Assembly: GCA_965219085.1 (NCBI GenBank)
Contig: OZ244720.1
Span: 2,528,001 to 2,592,000, forward strand
DNA: 64,000 bases
Direction of reading: 5' to 3'
Source: Dehalococcoidia bacterium
Lineage (GTDB): Bacteria > Chloroflexota > Dehalococcoidia > UBA2979
Below, piece after piece: positions 19,968 to 30,223 of this stretch (position 1 is the stretch's first letter; every line of letters begins with the position of its first letter). A program made the translations under genes and the position numbers. The notes beneath the pieces are model-generated. The model was not told the DNA's origin. It ran no database searches and worked only from the letters and a program-made list of their open reading frames with translations.

Positions 19968-20474
19968 CTACCAGAAGCGCCACCAAGGTCTGCCTTCTTG
20001 TAACGTGGCTGATGGATGACCCGTCCCTTCCGCTGCCCGTTCCTGTCGGATGCGGAGGATCAGGGTGTGAATCGCAGATCGTTCAGTCCTCTCGCTGCAC
20101 CACCGCGCAAGAGTGAGCGCCAGTTCTCGCGAGTCGCCATCCAGAGTGGTCGACACGAAGTATGCCTGGAGGGCTACGGCGCCCATCGCGCCGCTGAGCT
20201 GGGTGTACGTCATTTCTTCGGGCAAGTAGGCGGGAGGCACTGTCCCGGTCTCAACTCCTCCGAATATCCCTGTGAGCTCGTTGAGGTAGAAGTGCGCCAG
20301 TTGTACGGAAAGCGGTGCGTCGACGGGATACGGCCGCTGTCGGATGGTCTCGTAGAGGGCTGTACCCAACTCACGACGCGCGTCGCCAGAGGACAGTGGG
20401 ATGTCCATCGCACGCAGGAAGGCGGGAAGAAAGCCAAGGGAGAGTTGCAATGGGTCATGGTCGAGGTCAGTCAT
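19968..20474 (-). CDS. Hypothetical protein ending PWWRFW
   Basis: 168-aa ORF with GAGAGGG RBS, lower GC, lies between the two repeat copies. Confidence 0.65.
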   Translation of the reverse strand: MTDLDHDPLQLSLGFLPAFLRAMDIPLSSGDARRELGTALYETIRQRPYPVDAPLSVQLAHFYLNELTGIFGGVETGTVPPAYLPEEMTYTQLSGAMGAVALQAYFVSTTLDGDSRELALTLARWCSERTERSAIHTLILRIRQERAAEGTGHPSATLQEGRPWWRFW

Positions 20475-20525
20475 AAAGCCCCTCTCGGGTCTGCCCGGTC
20501 GTTCTCAACGCAAGCAAGGCGGTGC

Positions 20526-20589
20526 GCTCGTCCGCAGTCAGCCGGGCGAGGCTGGCCGTGAACGTGTCGGCGATGCGGAACTCCATCAG
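20526..20589 (-). repeat. Direct repeat copy 2 (truncated helicase start MEFRIADTFTASLARLTADE)
   Basis: Its ATG overlaps the mod stop codon; 58/64 nt identical to 19772-19835. Confidence 0.85.
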
Positions 20590-23453
20590 TCGACTCGGAA
20601 CACCTTCATCACTTCGTCGCCGAGGTGGTTGATGACCTTCACCGCGATGCGGCCCGACTCCGGCTTGTCGAAGGGGCGCGACGTGTCGCTGTGCAGCGTC
20701 TCCCACGCCTCCTGGTTGATCTCGGCCTTGAGCGTGGTCTTGAGCGCCTTGTACGGGTCGTTCTGGCCGAGGAAGTAGGCGTGACGGACGAAGAAGCTCT
20801 CCTGGTTGTAGTCGGTGTCGATGAACCAGCAGGCGATGCCGTCCGGGCCATCGCTGCGCACCTCGCCCGTGTTCGGGTGGAACACGTCGACGCCATTCAC
20901 GCGCAGCTTGACCTGCCCGGGCTCGGCATCGTCGTCGCCCGACGCGTCGAGGATGTCGATGTCCGGCTCGCCGAAGATGACGAAGAGGTTGCCCTTGCCG
21001 GTGTTCTTCAGATCGCCGGCCATGTGCAGGTCGGCGTTCATCCGCGCCTTGAGGACCGGGACACGTCCGAGCTTGTTGAACTCGGTGGCGTGCGCCTCGT
21101 AGTTGAAGGCGCAGGCGATAAGCACGTCGAAGCCTGCGTCGGCGGCCTCGCGGGCGGCCTCGACGAGGTCGGGGCGCGAGACGGTGCCGAACTCCGGCCC
21201 GATGAAGATGCCGGCGCGCTTCTCGGGGCCCGTGCCGTTGGACCCGGAGCCGCCATCGGCGTAGCGGCCCTCGGCGCAGATCATCTCGCCCGGCCACGGG
21301 GAGACCGAGGAGAACTCGATGCGGTCTTCCTTGTGCGCCTGCTGCACGCCGGCGGTGCTGAGGTGAGCGAGGATCGTGGAACCGAAGTCCTGTGGCTCGC
21401 CGTACGAGCCCGGCGTCTCTGCCACGCCGTCGATGAGCTCATCGTCCTCGTCGAGGCCGAGGACGCGGTGGGGTGAGAGGCTCTCGACCGTGAACGGCCC
21501 GGCCACGCGCACCTTGCGGTTGTCGGTGTACGGCTTGTCGTAGAGATACTCGAAGTCCGCCTTTGCGGCGATGGAGGCGTCGATCTCGCGCTGGCGCGCA
21601 ATGCGCTGCTGCCACCACTGCTCGTGCAGCGCCCGCGCATCGGCCGGCCACCCGTCCTCAGCCTCACGCGGGATCTCCCACTCTTCCCACGACTCGTCGA
21701 GCACTGCATTCAACTCGTCCCGGAGGGGCTCGAGTTTCGTCTGGAACTGCTCCCAGATGACGTCGAGCTCAGCGTTGCTGGCAATGTCGCGAAGCTGGAT
21801 GTGGGGAACGCGTTCATAAACGAAGCCTTGACGAACGTTGTCGAACGATGGAGCGTCGGACGGCTGCCCGCGTGTGATCTCTGCCTCTTTCTGTTTTCCG
21901 TCGGTGCCATCTGTTAGCAAGTAGTAGGGATATCGGGCACCCATGATGCGTACTCGCGCAAGAGCGAGTGCCACACGAGAAGTGTCGACGGTGATCCAGC
22001 GGCGCCCCCACTGCTCTGCGACGTATGCGGTGGTCCCGCTGCCACAGGTAGGATCGAGAACCAGGTCGCCCGGGTCGGTGGTCATGAGTAGACATCGCTG
22101 GACGACCTTCGCAGAGGTCTCGACTACATACCGCTTCTCCGAGGCGAACCCCGCAATCCCCGTATCGCTCCAGACGTTATCTTCATTGAACGCCCTAAAA
22201 TCATCGAAGTAACGAACGTAGTAGAGGCCGGAACGGGTCGCGCTCAGGCGATCTGCCTTCTTGAGCCTCGCCATCCCGGTGGCATTGGTCTTCCATCGGA
22301 CGCGATCCGATGGCTTATAGGTCTTCCCGCGGAAGGCGACCGGGAACCATGACGCGGCCCCTTCGCCCTTCGCCCGACCGACACTCTGGCTTGTGAGGTT
22401 GTCCACCCGAAACACAAGCGCATGTTCGGGCAGCCCGGAGGGATCCGTGAGTTCCGCACGCGTGAGGGGGCGATCAGTGCCATCCGGGAAGCGAGCACGC
22501 TTGTAGGCCGTACCGCCGACGCCCCCCACTTCTTTCGCTTGGAGCGGCTGGCGATACTTCAGGCGCTCACGGTCCTTTGCATAGAAGAGCAGGACATCAT
22601 ATGTGCCTGCCAAGAATTCGGAAGTTGCGCTGGCAGTCTTCGAGAAGACTATCTGCGATACGAAGTTGTGCGAACCGAACACCTCATCCAAGAGAGCCCG
22701 AAGAAGGTGGGAGTTCTCTTCCCCGATCTGCACGAACAGCGAACCTGAATCGTGGAGGAGGTCGCGAGCGATCTCAAGGCGATCGCGCAAGTACGACAGG
22801 TACGAGTGGATGCCGTCGCGCCACGTGTCGCGAAACGCTTTCACCTGTTCCGGCTCGCGCGTGATGTGTTCCGTGTTGCCGTCACGCACGTCGCGGCTCG
22901 CCGTCGACCACTGGAAGTTCGAGTTGAACTTGATGCCGTACGGCGGGTCGATGTAGATGCACTGCACCTTACCGCGCAGACCCTCGCGCTCCGCCAGCGA
23001 GGCCATCACCTGCAGGCTGTCGCCGAGAATCATGCGGTTCGACCAGTTGGCGTCGTGCTCGTAGAAGTCCGTGCGGTCGGCGCCCTCCGGCAGCCCGTTG
23101 AAGTCGGCGAACAGGTCCGCTTGGTACCCGTTCTCGGCGATCGCATCGTCCTTCGCCGCCTGCTCACTCCTCCGCCGCAGGTCGTCGATGAGTACCTTGG
23201 GGTGCACCTTCTCCTGGATGTAGAGCGGCGGCGCCTGCACGACGAGGTCGGCGAGGTCCTGCTCGTCCTTGCCGCGCCAGACGAGCTGCGGGTCGAGGTC
23301 GCGGTTGCGGCGCTCGTATGCCACCTCGATGGGGCTGCGGTCGTCGTCCTCCAGCGCCGCGCTGTACTCGGCGGTGGGGATGTTGGTCCGCTTCGCGTCG
23401 TCGTGGACGATCGTCTCGACCTGCTTGCGGCGGCTCTTCTTCCGACGTGGCAT
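20586..23453 (-). CDS. mod: Type III R-M methyltransferase subunit
   Basis: YIDPPY before DPTCGSGTT (beta order); C-terminal IAVKVINHLGDE. Confidence 0.93.
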   Translation of the reverse strand: MPRRKKSRRKQVETIVHDDAKRTNIPTAEYSAALEDDDRSPIEVAYERRNRDLDPQLVWRGKDEQDLADLVVQAPPLYIQEKVHPKVLIDDLRRRSEQAAKDDAIAENGYQADLFADFNGLPEGADRTDFYEHDANWSNRMILGDSLQVMASLAEREGLRGKVQCIYIDPPYGIKFNSNFQWSTASRDVRDGNTEHITREPEQVKAFRDTWRDGIHSYLSYLRDRLEIARDLLHDSGSLFVQIGEENSHLLRALLDEVFGSHNFVSQIVFSKTASATSEFLAGTYDVLLFYAKDRERLKYRQPLQAKEVGGVGGTAYKRARFPDGTDRPLTRAELTDPSGLPEHALVFRVDNLTSQSVGRAKGEGAASWFPVAFRGKTYKPSDRVRWKTNATGMARLKKADRLSATRSGLYYVRYFDDFRAFNEDNVWSDTGIAGFASEKRYVVETSAKVVQRCLLMTTDPGDLVLDPTCGSGTTAYVAEQWGRRWITVDTSRVALALARVRIMGARYPYYLLTDGTDGKQKEAEITRGQPSDAPSFDNVRQGFVYERVPHIQLRDIASNAELDVIWEQFQTKLEPLRDELNAVLDESWEEWEIPREAEDGWPADARALHEQWWQQRIARQREIDASIAAKADFEYLYDKPYTDNRKVRVAGPFTVESLSPHRVLGLDEDDELIDGVAETPGSYGEPQDFGSTILAHLSTAGVQQAHKEDRIEFSSVSPWPGEMICAEGRYADGGSGSNGTGPEKRAGIFIGPEFGTVSRPDLVEAAREAADAGFDVLIACAFNYEAHATEFNKLGRVPVLKARMNADLHMAGDLKNTGKGNLFVIFGEPDIDILDASGDDDAEPGQVKLRVNGVDVFHPNTGEVRSDGPDGIACWFIDTDYNQESFFVRHAYFLGQNDPYKALKTTLKAEINQEAWETLHSDTSRPFDKPESGRIAVKVINHLGDEVMKVFRVD

Positions 23454-23457
23454 GTGC

Positions 23458-23814
23458 TCAGTCCTGTCGCTCGGCTTGCTGCAGCAAGTCGCGTAGTTGG
23501 GGGATCAGGTCGGGGACGCTGCGGGTCACCATCACCCAGATCAGATTGTCATCGACACCGAGGTAGACGTGCATGATCACGTTCCTCGCGCCGACGATGC
23601 TGCGCCAGGGGATGTCTGGGTGCGAGTCACGGACGGACTCGGGGATGTGGGTGGCCGCCTCACCGAGGAGTGCGAGGTTGTGCAGGGTCGCGTAGTAGGT
23701 GCGCGCGTCCGCCGCGAAAGCAGCCTGATCCATCGCGGCGGTGAACTCAGTGACCCGCTCACAGGCTTCCAGCATGTCGCGCACGTAGAGATCCCACGGC
23801 CGGTCCTCAGACAC
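23458..23814 (-). CDS. hepT: HepT-like (DUF86) HEPN RNase toxin
   Basis: RNVIMHVY = RX4HXY motif; paired with nucleotidyltransferase. Confidence 0.9.
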   Translation of the reverse strand: MSEDRPWDLYVRDMLEACERVTEFTAAMDQAAFAADARTYYATLHNLALLGEAATHIPESVRDSHPDIPWRSIVGARNVIMHVYLGVDDNLIWVMVTRSVPDLIPQLRDLLQQAERQD

Positions 23815-24112
23815 GAACCGCCTCGGCCTCGACGTACGGGCGCAACTCGGAGCGCAGCGCCTTGTCCGTGACGAGGTCGACGGGCCGGCCCAGCAGGTCC
23901 TCGATGTAGAACTGGACGCCGAAGTAGCAGTCCGGGTCGGTCGGTCGGTCGAAGCTCACGAGGATGTCGACGTCGCTATCGGGCCCGGCCTCGTCGCGTA
24001 CGGTGGACCCGAATAGGGCGAGATCGACCACGCCGAAGCGCTCGGCCATGGCGAGCTTGTGCTCGCGCAGCAGGGCCAGCACCTCGGTCTTCCTGATCGC
24101 CTGTTCAACCAT
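23807..24112 (-). CDS. mntA: MntA-like minimal nucleotidyltransferase antitoxin
   Basis: FGSTVRDEAGPDSDVD = GSX10DXD; VDLV. Confidence 0.92.
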   Translation of the reverse strand: MVEQAIRKTEVLALLREHKLAMAERFGVVDLALFGSTVRDEAGPDSDVDILVSFDRPTDPDCYFGVQFYIEDLLGRPVDLVTDKALRSELRPYVEAEAVRV

Positions 24113-24145
24113 CCCAGCCCTCCGCGGGTGGACGTGTCCTGTTCT

Positions 24146-27100
24146 CTATCCTGCCACGACCGGGGCGGTGCCTGCGGCGCTCTCGATCATCTTGTCGAAG
24201 TGAGCGTCGATCTCGGCTGCGAGCTCATGCTGCATCGCCCACACATCGGTGAACTCCGCGAACGCCCAGCGGCCATAGGCCCCGAGGTGGTTCACGCCCG
24301 GCACCCAGTAGCTCTCCATCGTCGACTTCTTCTCCTTGGCGTCCTCGCGGCGGTAGCCCTTGATCTCGACAACCAAGTGCAGCAGGTCGTCCTCGCCGCG
24401 CCCATCATCGACGAGCACGATGAAGTCCGGGATGTACCGGCGAGCCTCCGAGCCCCACTGGTACGGAACCTCGAGTCCGAGTCCTTGGTTCTTGACGTAG
24501 GCGCGGACGCGCGGATGCCTCTCGGCGATGCGGCAGAACTCCGCCTCCCAGTCGCTGTCGCAGACGACGTAGTTGACGTGGGACCGGCGCGGATCCGTTC
24601 GCCAGCGCGTCCGCTTCGAGGTGGTGAAGCGCACATGCCGCGTCGAGCCTGAGGCGTTGTAGGGGTCGAGCACGGCCTTGATCGGCCGCTCGCCCAGTAA
24701 CGCACGGTTGATGCCCTGGGTGATCCGCTCGCATGCTGTATCCGCGAGGCTCTGGTACATCAGCTGTGCCGGGTACGTTCCGCCCGTGCAGACGAGGTGC
24801 TGCTCAAGCCACTGGCGCGTGATGCGCTTCAGCTGCCCGAAGAGGTGAAGCTTGGGTTCGCCGCCCGGGTCGCGCCACTTCGTCTCCACCAGCCGGCGCG
24901 CGAGATGAAACTGGAGCGTCGACGGTCGCATGTCACCCGTGTGGACGAGGTTGAGGTCGACACCCTCGCCGATGATGCCCTCGTTGCGAGTGATGGACGG
25001 TCCGATGACTTCGGGCGTCAGCTCGAAGGTGGAGTCATCCGTGAATTCCGCCTCGAGCCGTTCGCTCGGCAGCTCCACCCGGTAGCCCTGGACTCGCGGG
25101 AAGCGGATCTCGAGGTCATCGCGCTCGGGCGAGACCGCGCGCACCTGCACGGTCTCGCGCGGTGGCGTCGGCTTGGCGACGACCGGCTTGGCGGTGAAGT
25201 CGAACGGGATACCGAGGACGTCGGCGTACTCGACATCGAAGCGACCGTCCTCGTTCAGGTCGTAGGACTGCCGGCGCAGCGCCCGACCGATCACCTGCTC
25301 GCAGAGCAGCTGCGTGCCGAAGGCGCGTACGCCGAGCACGTGCGTCACGGTGTTCGTGTCCCACCCCTCGGTCAGCATCGAAACCGACACCACGCAGCGG
25401 ATCGACCCGCCGAGCTGGCCTGGCTTGCCGACGGTGTTCATCACCTCGCGCAGCAGGTCCTGCTCGCTGATCTTGTCGGCCGCCGCGCGGTCGCCCGTGC
25501 GCTGCACCTGCTCGCGGCGGAAGCGCTCGATTTCTTCGGCGGCGGCCTGCCGGAAGTTGCGGTCGAGTCCTTCCCCGGACTCGAGCTGCTGGCTGTCGAT
25601 CAGCAGCGTGTACGGCCGGGGGTACGGGTTGCCGTGCTCGTCGTAGTTCCGGAAGAGCTCGAGGCGCCCGTTCTCAAGGGTGGTCGAGCCATCCTCGTTC
25701 TCCCTGTGGAAGCCGGAGATGTAGTCGTAGACGAGCTTGGATGTCGCCGTGTTGTTGCAGACGACGATGAAGCACGGAGGCGCCTCGGTGTCGGCGTCGT
25801 CCCAGAGCTTGAAGACCTCGGCATAGTGGCCGTAGAGGGCCTCCAGCGCGGTCTGAAGCTCGACGGGGATGCTGAGCGGGTCGAGCTCCCCCGCCCGGCC
25901 CCGGCCCTTCCTCGGCATCTTCCGCCTGATGTGCTCCCAGAGTTCGCGGAACATCGGCATATCGCCGCCAGGAATGTTGTCGGCTACCGGCACCCGCGGG
26001 AGTTTCACGATGCCGCATTCGATGGCGTCAATCAGCGAGAAGTCGCTCATGGTCCACGGAAACAGCGTTCCCTCAGCGTAGCCGGAGCCGCGAAGGAAAA
26101 ACGGCGTCGCCGACAGGTCGAGGACGCGCCGGAGCCTGAGCTTGCGGTTGACTGCCTCCAGGCCGGAGATCCAGAGCCGCGCGGCCTCGCGGTTCTTCTC
26201 GGCCTCCTTCCGGTCGTCGCCCGTGAGCTTCCCCTCGTCGGTCTCGCCGGGCTTCTCGCGGTAGCAGTGATGAGCCTCGTCGTTGAACGCCATGATGCTG
26301 CGCATGCCCATCAGCCCGGGCATCACGCGCTGGAGCATCTGTCCCTCGGTCTCGATCGACTGGATCTCAGGCCCGCGGCCCTGGAGCAGGGAGCGCCCGC
26401 CCCGCGAGAGGTCGAGCGTCTCGCGCAGCTTGAAGGCGTGGTAGTTGGTGATCACGATCCTCGCCTGCTCGAGGTCGCGGAGCATGTCGCGAGGGACGAG
26501 CTCACGGCTCTCGTAGTAGCTGTCGGGGTCGTTCGGTTGAAGGACGCGCAAGCGGTCGCGGATCGTGATGCCGGGCGTGACGACCAGGAACCCTCGCGTG
26601 AAGTTGCGACTGCTCGGGTGCCGTACGGCGTTGACCGTTTGCCAGGCGATGAGCATTGCCATCACCGTGGTCTTGCCTGCTCCTGTCGCGAGCTTCAGCC
26701 CCAACCGGGCAAGGTCGGGATTAGACTGCTCGTTCGCCCACTCAAGGCGCTCCCGGATCTCGATCACCTCGCGCCGACGGCTCTGCGGCGCAACCTCGGT
26801 GAGCCAGATGACGGTCTCCACGGCCTCGACCTGGCAGAAGAATGGCCGGATGTCACTGAAGTCGTGGCGGCGCCAGTGTTTCAGGAGGCGCGCGGTCTCT
26901 GGCGTGACGTTCCAGTCGGATTCGGGAGAGGAGCGCCACCGGTCGACTTCGCGCCTGAGCACGTTGATGGTCGACGTAGGGTCGTACTCCTGATCCTCGG
27001 TGGAGAGGCCCTCCCCTTCGTCGAGAATCATCCGCTGCTGCTGTGCGCGACCGCGCTGCCTCCGAGGCTGCGGGACAGGCGTGATGTACGCCGCTGGCCG

Positions 27101-27214
27101 CCTCTGCTCGGCGATCTGGTTCGTCGGCTGGCGCTCGTCGTCGAGCTCCCAGTGCCGCGCCGGGTACTCGTACGGCGAGTTGAGGACTGGCGATTCGAAG
27201 AAGCGGTCGGTCAT
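24146..27214 (-). CDS. res: Type III R-M restriction endonuclease/helicase subunit
   Basis: ATGAGKT, NDEAHH, LSATP, MLTEGWD, EQVIGRALRR, YIPDF..VEIKG. Confidence 0.93.
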   Translation of the reverse strand: MTDRFFESPVLNSPYEYPARHWELDDERQPTNQIAEQRRPAAYITPVPQPRRQRGRAQQQRMILDEGEGLSTEDQEYDPTSTINVLRREVDRWRSSPESDWNVTPETARLLKHWRRHDFSDIRPFFCQVEAVETVIWLTEVAPQSRRREVIEIRERLEWANEQSNPDLARLGLKLATGAGKTTVMAMLIAWQTVNAVRHPSSRNFTRGFLVVTPGITIRDRLRVLQPNDPDSYYESRELVPRDMLRDLEQARIVITNYHAFKLRETLDLSRGGRSLLQGRGPEIQSIETEGQMLQRVMPGLMGMRSIMAFNDEAHHCYREKPGETDEGKLTGDDRKEAEKNREAARLWISGLEAVNRKLRLRRVLDLSATPFFLRGSGYAEGTLFPWTMSDFSLIDAIECGIVKLPRVPVADNIPGGDMPMFRELWEHIRRKMPRKGRGRAGELDPLSIPVELQTALEALYGHYAEVFKLWDDADTEAPPCFIVVCNNTATSKLVYDYISGFHRENEDGSTTLENGRLELFRNYDEHGNPYPRPYTLLIDSQQLESGEGLDRNFRQAAAEEIERFRREQVQRTGDRAAADKISEQDLLREVMNTVGKPGQLGGSIRCVVSVSMLTEGWDTNTVTHVLGVRAFGTQLLCEQVIGRALRRQSYDLNEDGRFDVEYADVLGIPFDFTAKPVVAKPTPPRETVQVRAVSPERDDLEIRFPRVQGYRVELPSERLEAEFTDDSTFELTPEVIGPSITRNEGIIGEGVDLNLVHTGDMRPSTLQFHLARRLVETKWRDPGGEPKLHLFGQLKRITRQWLEQHLVCTGGTYPAQLMYQSLADTACERITQGINRALLGERPIKAVLDPYNASGSTRHVRFTTSKRTRWRTDPRRSHVNYVVCDSDWEAEFCRIAERHPRVRAYVKNQGLGLEVPYQWGSEARRYIPDFIVLVDDGRGEDDLLHLVVEIKGYRREDAKEKKSTMESYWVPGVNHLGAYGRWAFAEFTDVWAMQHELAAEIDAHFDKMIESAAGTAPVVAG

Positions 27215-27420
27215 GGATCGCAGTCTATCAGCGGCTGCGAGTACTCGGCGTCTTGCCGCCGCCAGACGCCTCTCCATGAGCAGCATCGGGCCGGCGGTGC
27301 GGGCGTTTCTCACGGAGTTCGGAGTCCCGTCGGATCGCTTTGGCGCGACTCCGAAAGATGCTCAGCAGCAGGAGCCGCCTGAGTCGCAAGGCAACCAGTG
27401 AGCCATCCTCGCGGGCTCGG

Positions 27421-28242
27421 CTACCGCCACCACAGTCCGAGCGTGAAGGCGCGCCGTACCCTCGCGCGGCCGAGCGCGCGCTCCGTGTCGCGGAGCGCCG
27501 CCTGGCGCCAAGTGGTCTGCCCCCTGCGCGCGAAGCCTCGCAGCGGCTGCGTCTCCGGCGGCAGCGTGAGCCCGTGTCCCTCGAGCATCTCTAGCTCGAG
27601 GTCGAGGATGCGCGCCTCGGTCGCCAACCAGCGCACGCCCCAGCCGTCGGCGGCATGGTCAGCGCGCAGCTCGCGCCACTCCTCGACGAGCGGCCACGCC
27701 TCGCCGTAGACATCGGGGTCATCGCCGGCGGGCTCGACCGTCACCACGTCCGGGAACGGCCGTCGCAGTGCTGACGCAGTCCGGGGCCGCATCCCCGCGA
27801 CCGCCGGCGTCGGCTTCGCAACCGGGGGCTCGCCGCCCGGCGCAGGCGTCGACGAGTGATCCTCGTCCCGTTGCTGAGCCTCGTCCCCCGAGGATTCGCT
27901 CAGGCTCCCCTGACCCTCGCCCGAAGGCTCCTCCGCCAGCGCGGCCAGTTCGGCCTCCAGTTGCCCGATGCGCCGCTCCAACGCCCCGACGTGCTCGGGG
28001 TCCGCCTCCGCGCCGCGCCTGCCCCGCGACGCCTCCAGGCGTTCGAGTGCGTCCCGCACGTGCGGGGTCAGCCGGCCCGACTCAACGACACGCTTGACCG
28101 TCTTGTAGTTGACCCCGAGCAGGTCCGCCGCCTGAAGCCGGCCCTGCTCCGCCACGACCTCGCGCAGCAGCGCCATGAGCCGCCGCTCGCGCTCCGCGCC
28201 GGCGTGAGGCTTCCCGCCTCCAGTCGCGTGGGTCCCGTCCAC
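27421..28242 (-). CDS. Hypothetical mobile-element protein with N-terminal HTH
   Basis: AADLLGVNYKTV HTH-like segment, coiled coil, GAGG RBS. Confidence 0.65.
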   Translation of the reverse strand: MDGTHATGGGKPHAGAERERRLMALLREVVAEQGRLQAADLLGVNYKTVKRVVESGRLTPHVRDALERLEASRGRRGAEADPEHVGALERRIGQLEAELAALAEEPSGEGQGSLSESSGDEAQQRDEDHSSTPAPGGEPPVAKPTPAVAGMRPRTASALRRPFPDVVTVEPAGDDPDVYGEAWPLVEEWRELRADHAADGWGVRWLATEARILDLELEMLEGHGLTLPPETQPLRGFARRGQTTWRQAALRDTERALGRARVRRAFTLGLWWR

Positions 28243-28719
28243 GTGCCTGCCTCCCCCATCCTCTCGACGGCCATCACCGGCCTGGTGCTGCGCCCATCAG
28301 GTGCCGCACACGGAGCAGGCTGACCGCCCGTAACCGCCCCGAATCCCGGTTCCCTTCGTGGGCACTGCTGTCCGCGTGGCCCGGAACACGGCCGAACACC
28401 GCAGTGCTTGCTGCGATGTAGCCGGCAGCCCCCGACACCCGTATTCCCCTTGCGACGCAACACTCACGACCGCCACTTCCCGTTCGGGAACTCACGCCTT
28501 TCTCTGTACAGGCCCCGAACATCCGCACGGCTCCGCAGCACCGATCTCAGCACGATCGGCGGCCCGCCGTGGAGGCCCTGTAAGGGGGCTCGTCGAGAGG
28601 CCCCCCTACAGGCCATTAGAAAGCGGACGCCCGGCGGCCACACTCGATCGTTGACGCCGCGAGCAACGGGCGCGCGGCGAGGACACCCGGAATGACCCGG
28701 TAGGAGAAGGAGCGAAACG

Positions 28720-30223
28720 ATGAGACTCAACCCTTTGCGCCTGTTCAGGCGCCACAACGACCCGCCGACGCTGCTGGCGCTGACGCCGCCGCGCACGGGT
28801 GAGCGCACGCTGCTCGCCGTCGAGAACCTGCTCGGCTCGATCGCCGTGCCCGAGCCGTTCTCGCTGGAGCTGGCGGGCGACGCGGATGGCGTCACGCTGC
28901 TCGCGCGTTGCGAGAGCGACCAGGTCGTGCGCGGCCAGATCGCCACCCGCTAAAGACCTGCTCGGGCACGTGCCCGAGTCGCTGATCGACCAAGTGCGGC
29001 TGGTCGACCTCGCCGACGCGCGCGGCGAGCCCGGCATCAACCTGCTCGACACCCGCGTCTTCACCGACCGCGACCGCACCGCCGACTCGGTCGTGCGCGT
29101 GGCCAAGGGCCTGTGGGAGCAGTGGGGGCCGCGCATGCAGTCGATCCTCGAGCAGACCGTGAAGACGCTGCACGAGGCCAACGCTCACCCCGACACGGCG
29201 GCGGACGAGCAGCACACGATCCTCGACGGCCTGCCTCTGCTCTCAGACGAGGGGTTCCGCGCGAGGGTGCTGGAGAAGGTGAGCGACGAGTACCTGCTGC
29301 CGTGGTGGGGGCGCGACTTCGCTTCCTGGACACGCCAGTACCAGGCCGACGCGCTGGCGCCCGTGCAGACGCGGCTCACCTACTACGCCTCCTCGAAGCG
29401 GGCGCGGGCGATCCTCGGCCAGTCCCGCTCCACGATCGACCTCGGGAGGACGATCCTCGACGGCGGCATCCTCTTCGTCTCGACGGCGCAGGGCACGGCC
29501 GGGCGGGACGTGGCCGCCCTCGTGGGCTCGTCGATCCTCAACCTCGTGGACGCCGTCATCCGCGAGCAGGGCGGGCTGCCGCCGGAGCAGCGCCGGGGCG
29601 CGCTGGTGGTGGTGGACGAGATGCAGGCGATGCCGGGCGTCGACTACGAGGCGATGCTCTCGGAGCTGGGCAAGTTCGGGGCCTCCTTCGTGCTCGCCAC
29701 GCAGAGCCTCGCCAAGCTGTCCGACCTCTCGCCGACGATGCAGGACACGCTGCTCGCCAACGTCGGCTGCCTCGCCGTCTTCCAGGTGGCGGGCGCGGAC
29801 GCGCGTCAGCTCGTCTGGGAGCTCGGGAAGGAGCGCGTCACCGAGGAGGACATCGTCTCGTTGCCCGTGCACCACGCCTACGTGCGCGCGAGGGCGAGCG
29901 GCGAGCGCATGTCCACGTTCTCGATGGCGGTGCGCAAGCCCGAGGACGGGAACCCGGATACCGCCGAGTGCATCCGCGCGGACGCCGCGGCCTACGTCAC
30001 GCCGGCTGCCGACATCGCCGAGCGCGACGCCGGGGCGCGGGAACGGGCCGAGCGCTACCGCGCGGGCCTGGGCGAGCTGCGGAAGGACAGGAACGGCGCG
30101 CAGGCGGCGGAGGGTCCAGCCGAGTCTCCCGAGCAACCGAGGAAGCGCAAGCAGCGCAGCAGGCGCGACCGCAGGCCCGGCGGCGACGCGCCGGACGCGC
30201 CGGGGGATGAGCGGGCCGGATGA
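28720..30223 (+). pseudogene. Type IV secretion coupling/VirB4-like ATPase with internal deletion
   Basis: Short N-terminal piece stops at 28953; remainder has VVVDEMQ, LATQSL, LLANVG but no Walker A. Confidence 0.75.

Noticed and set aside
24797-27382. 861-aa plus-strand ORF (also 34755-36440 minus, 52604-53983 plus, 7618-8805 plus)
   Set aside because: Antisense shadows of well-supported genes, common in high-GC DNA; no motifs of their own.
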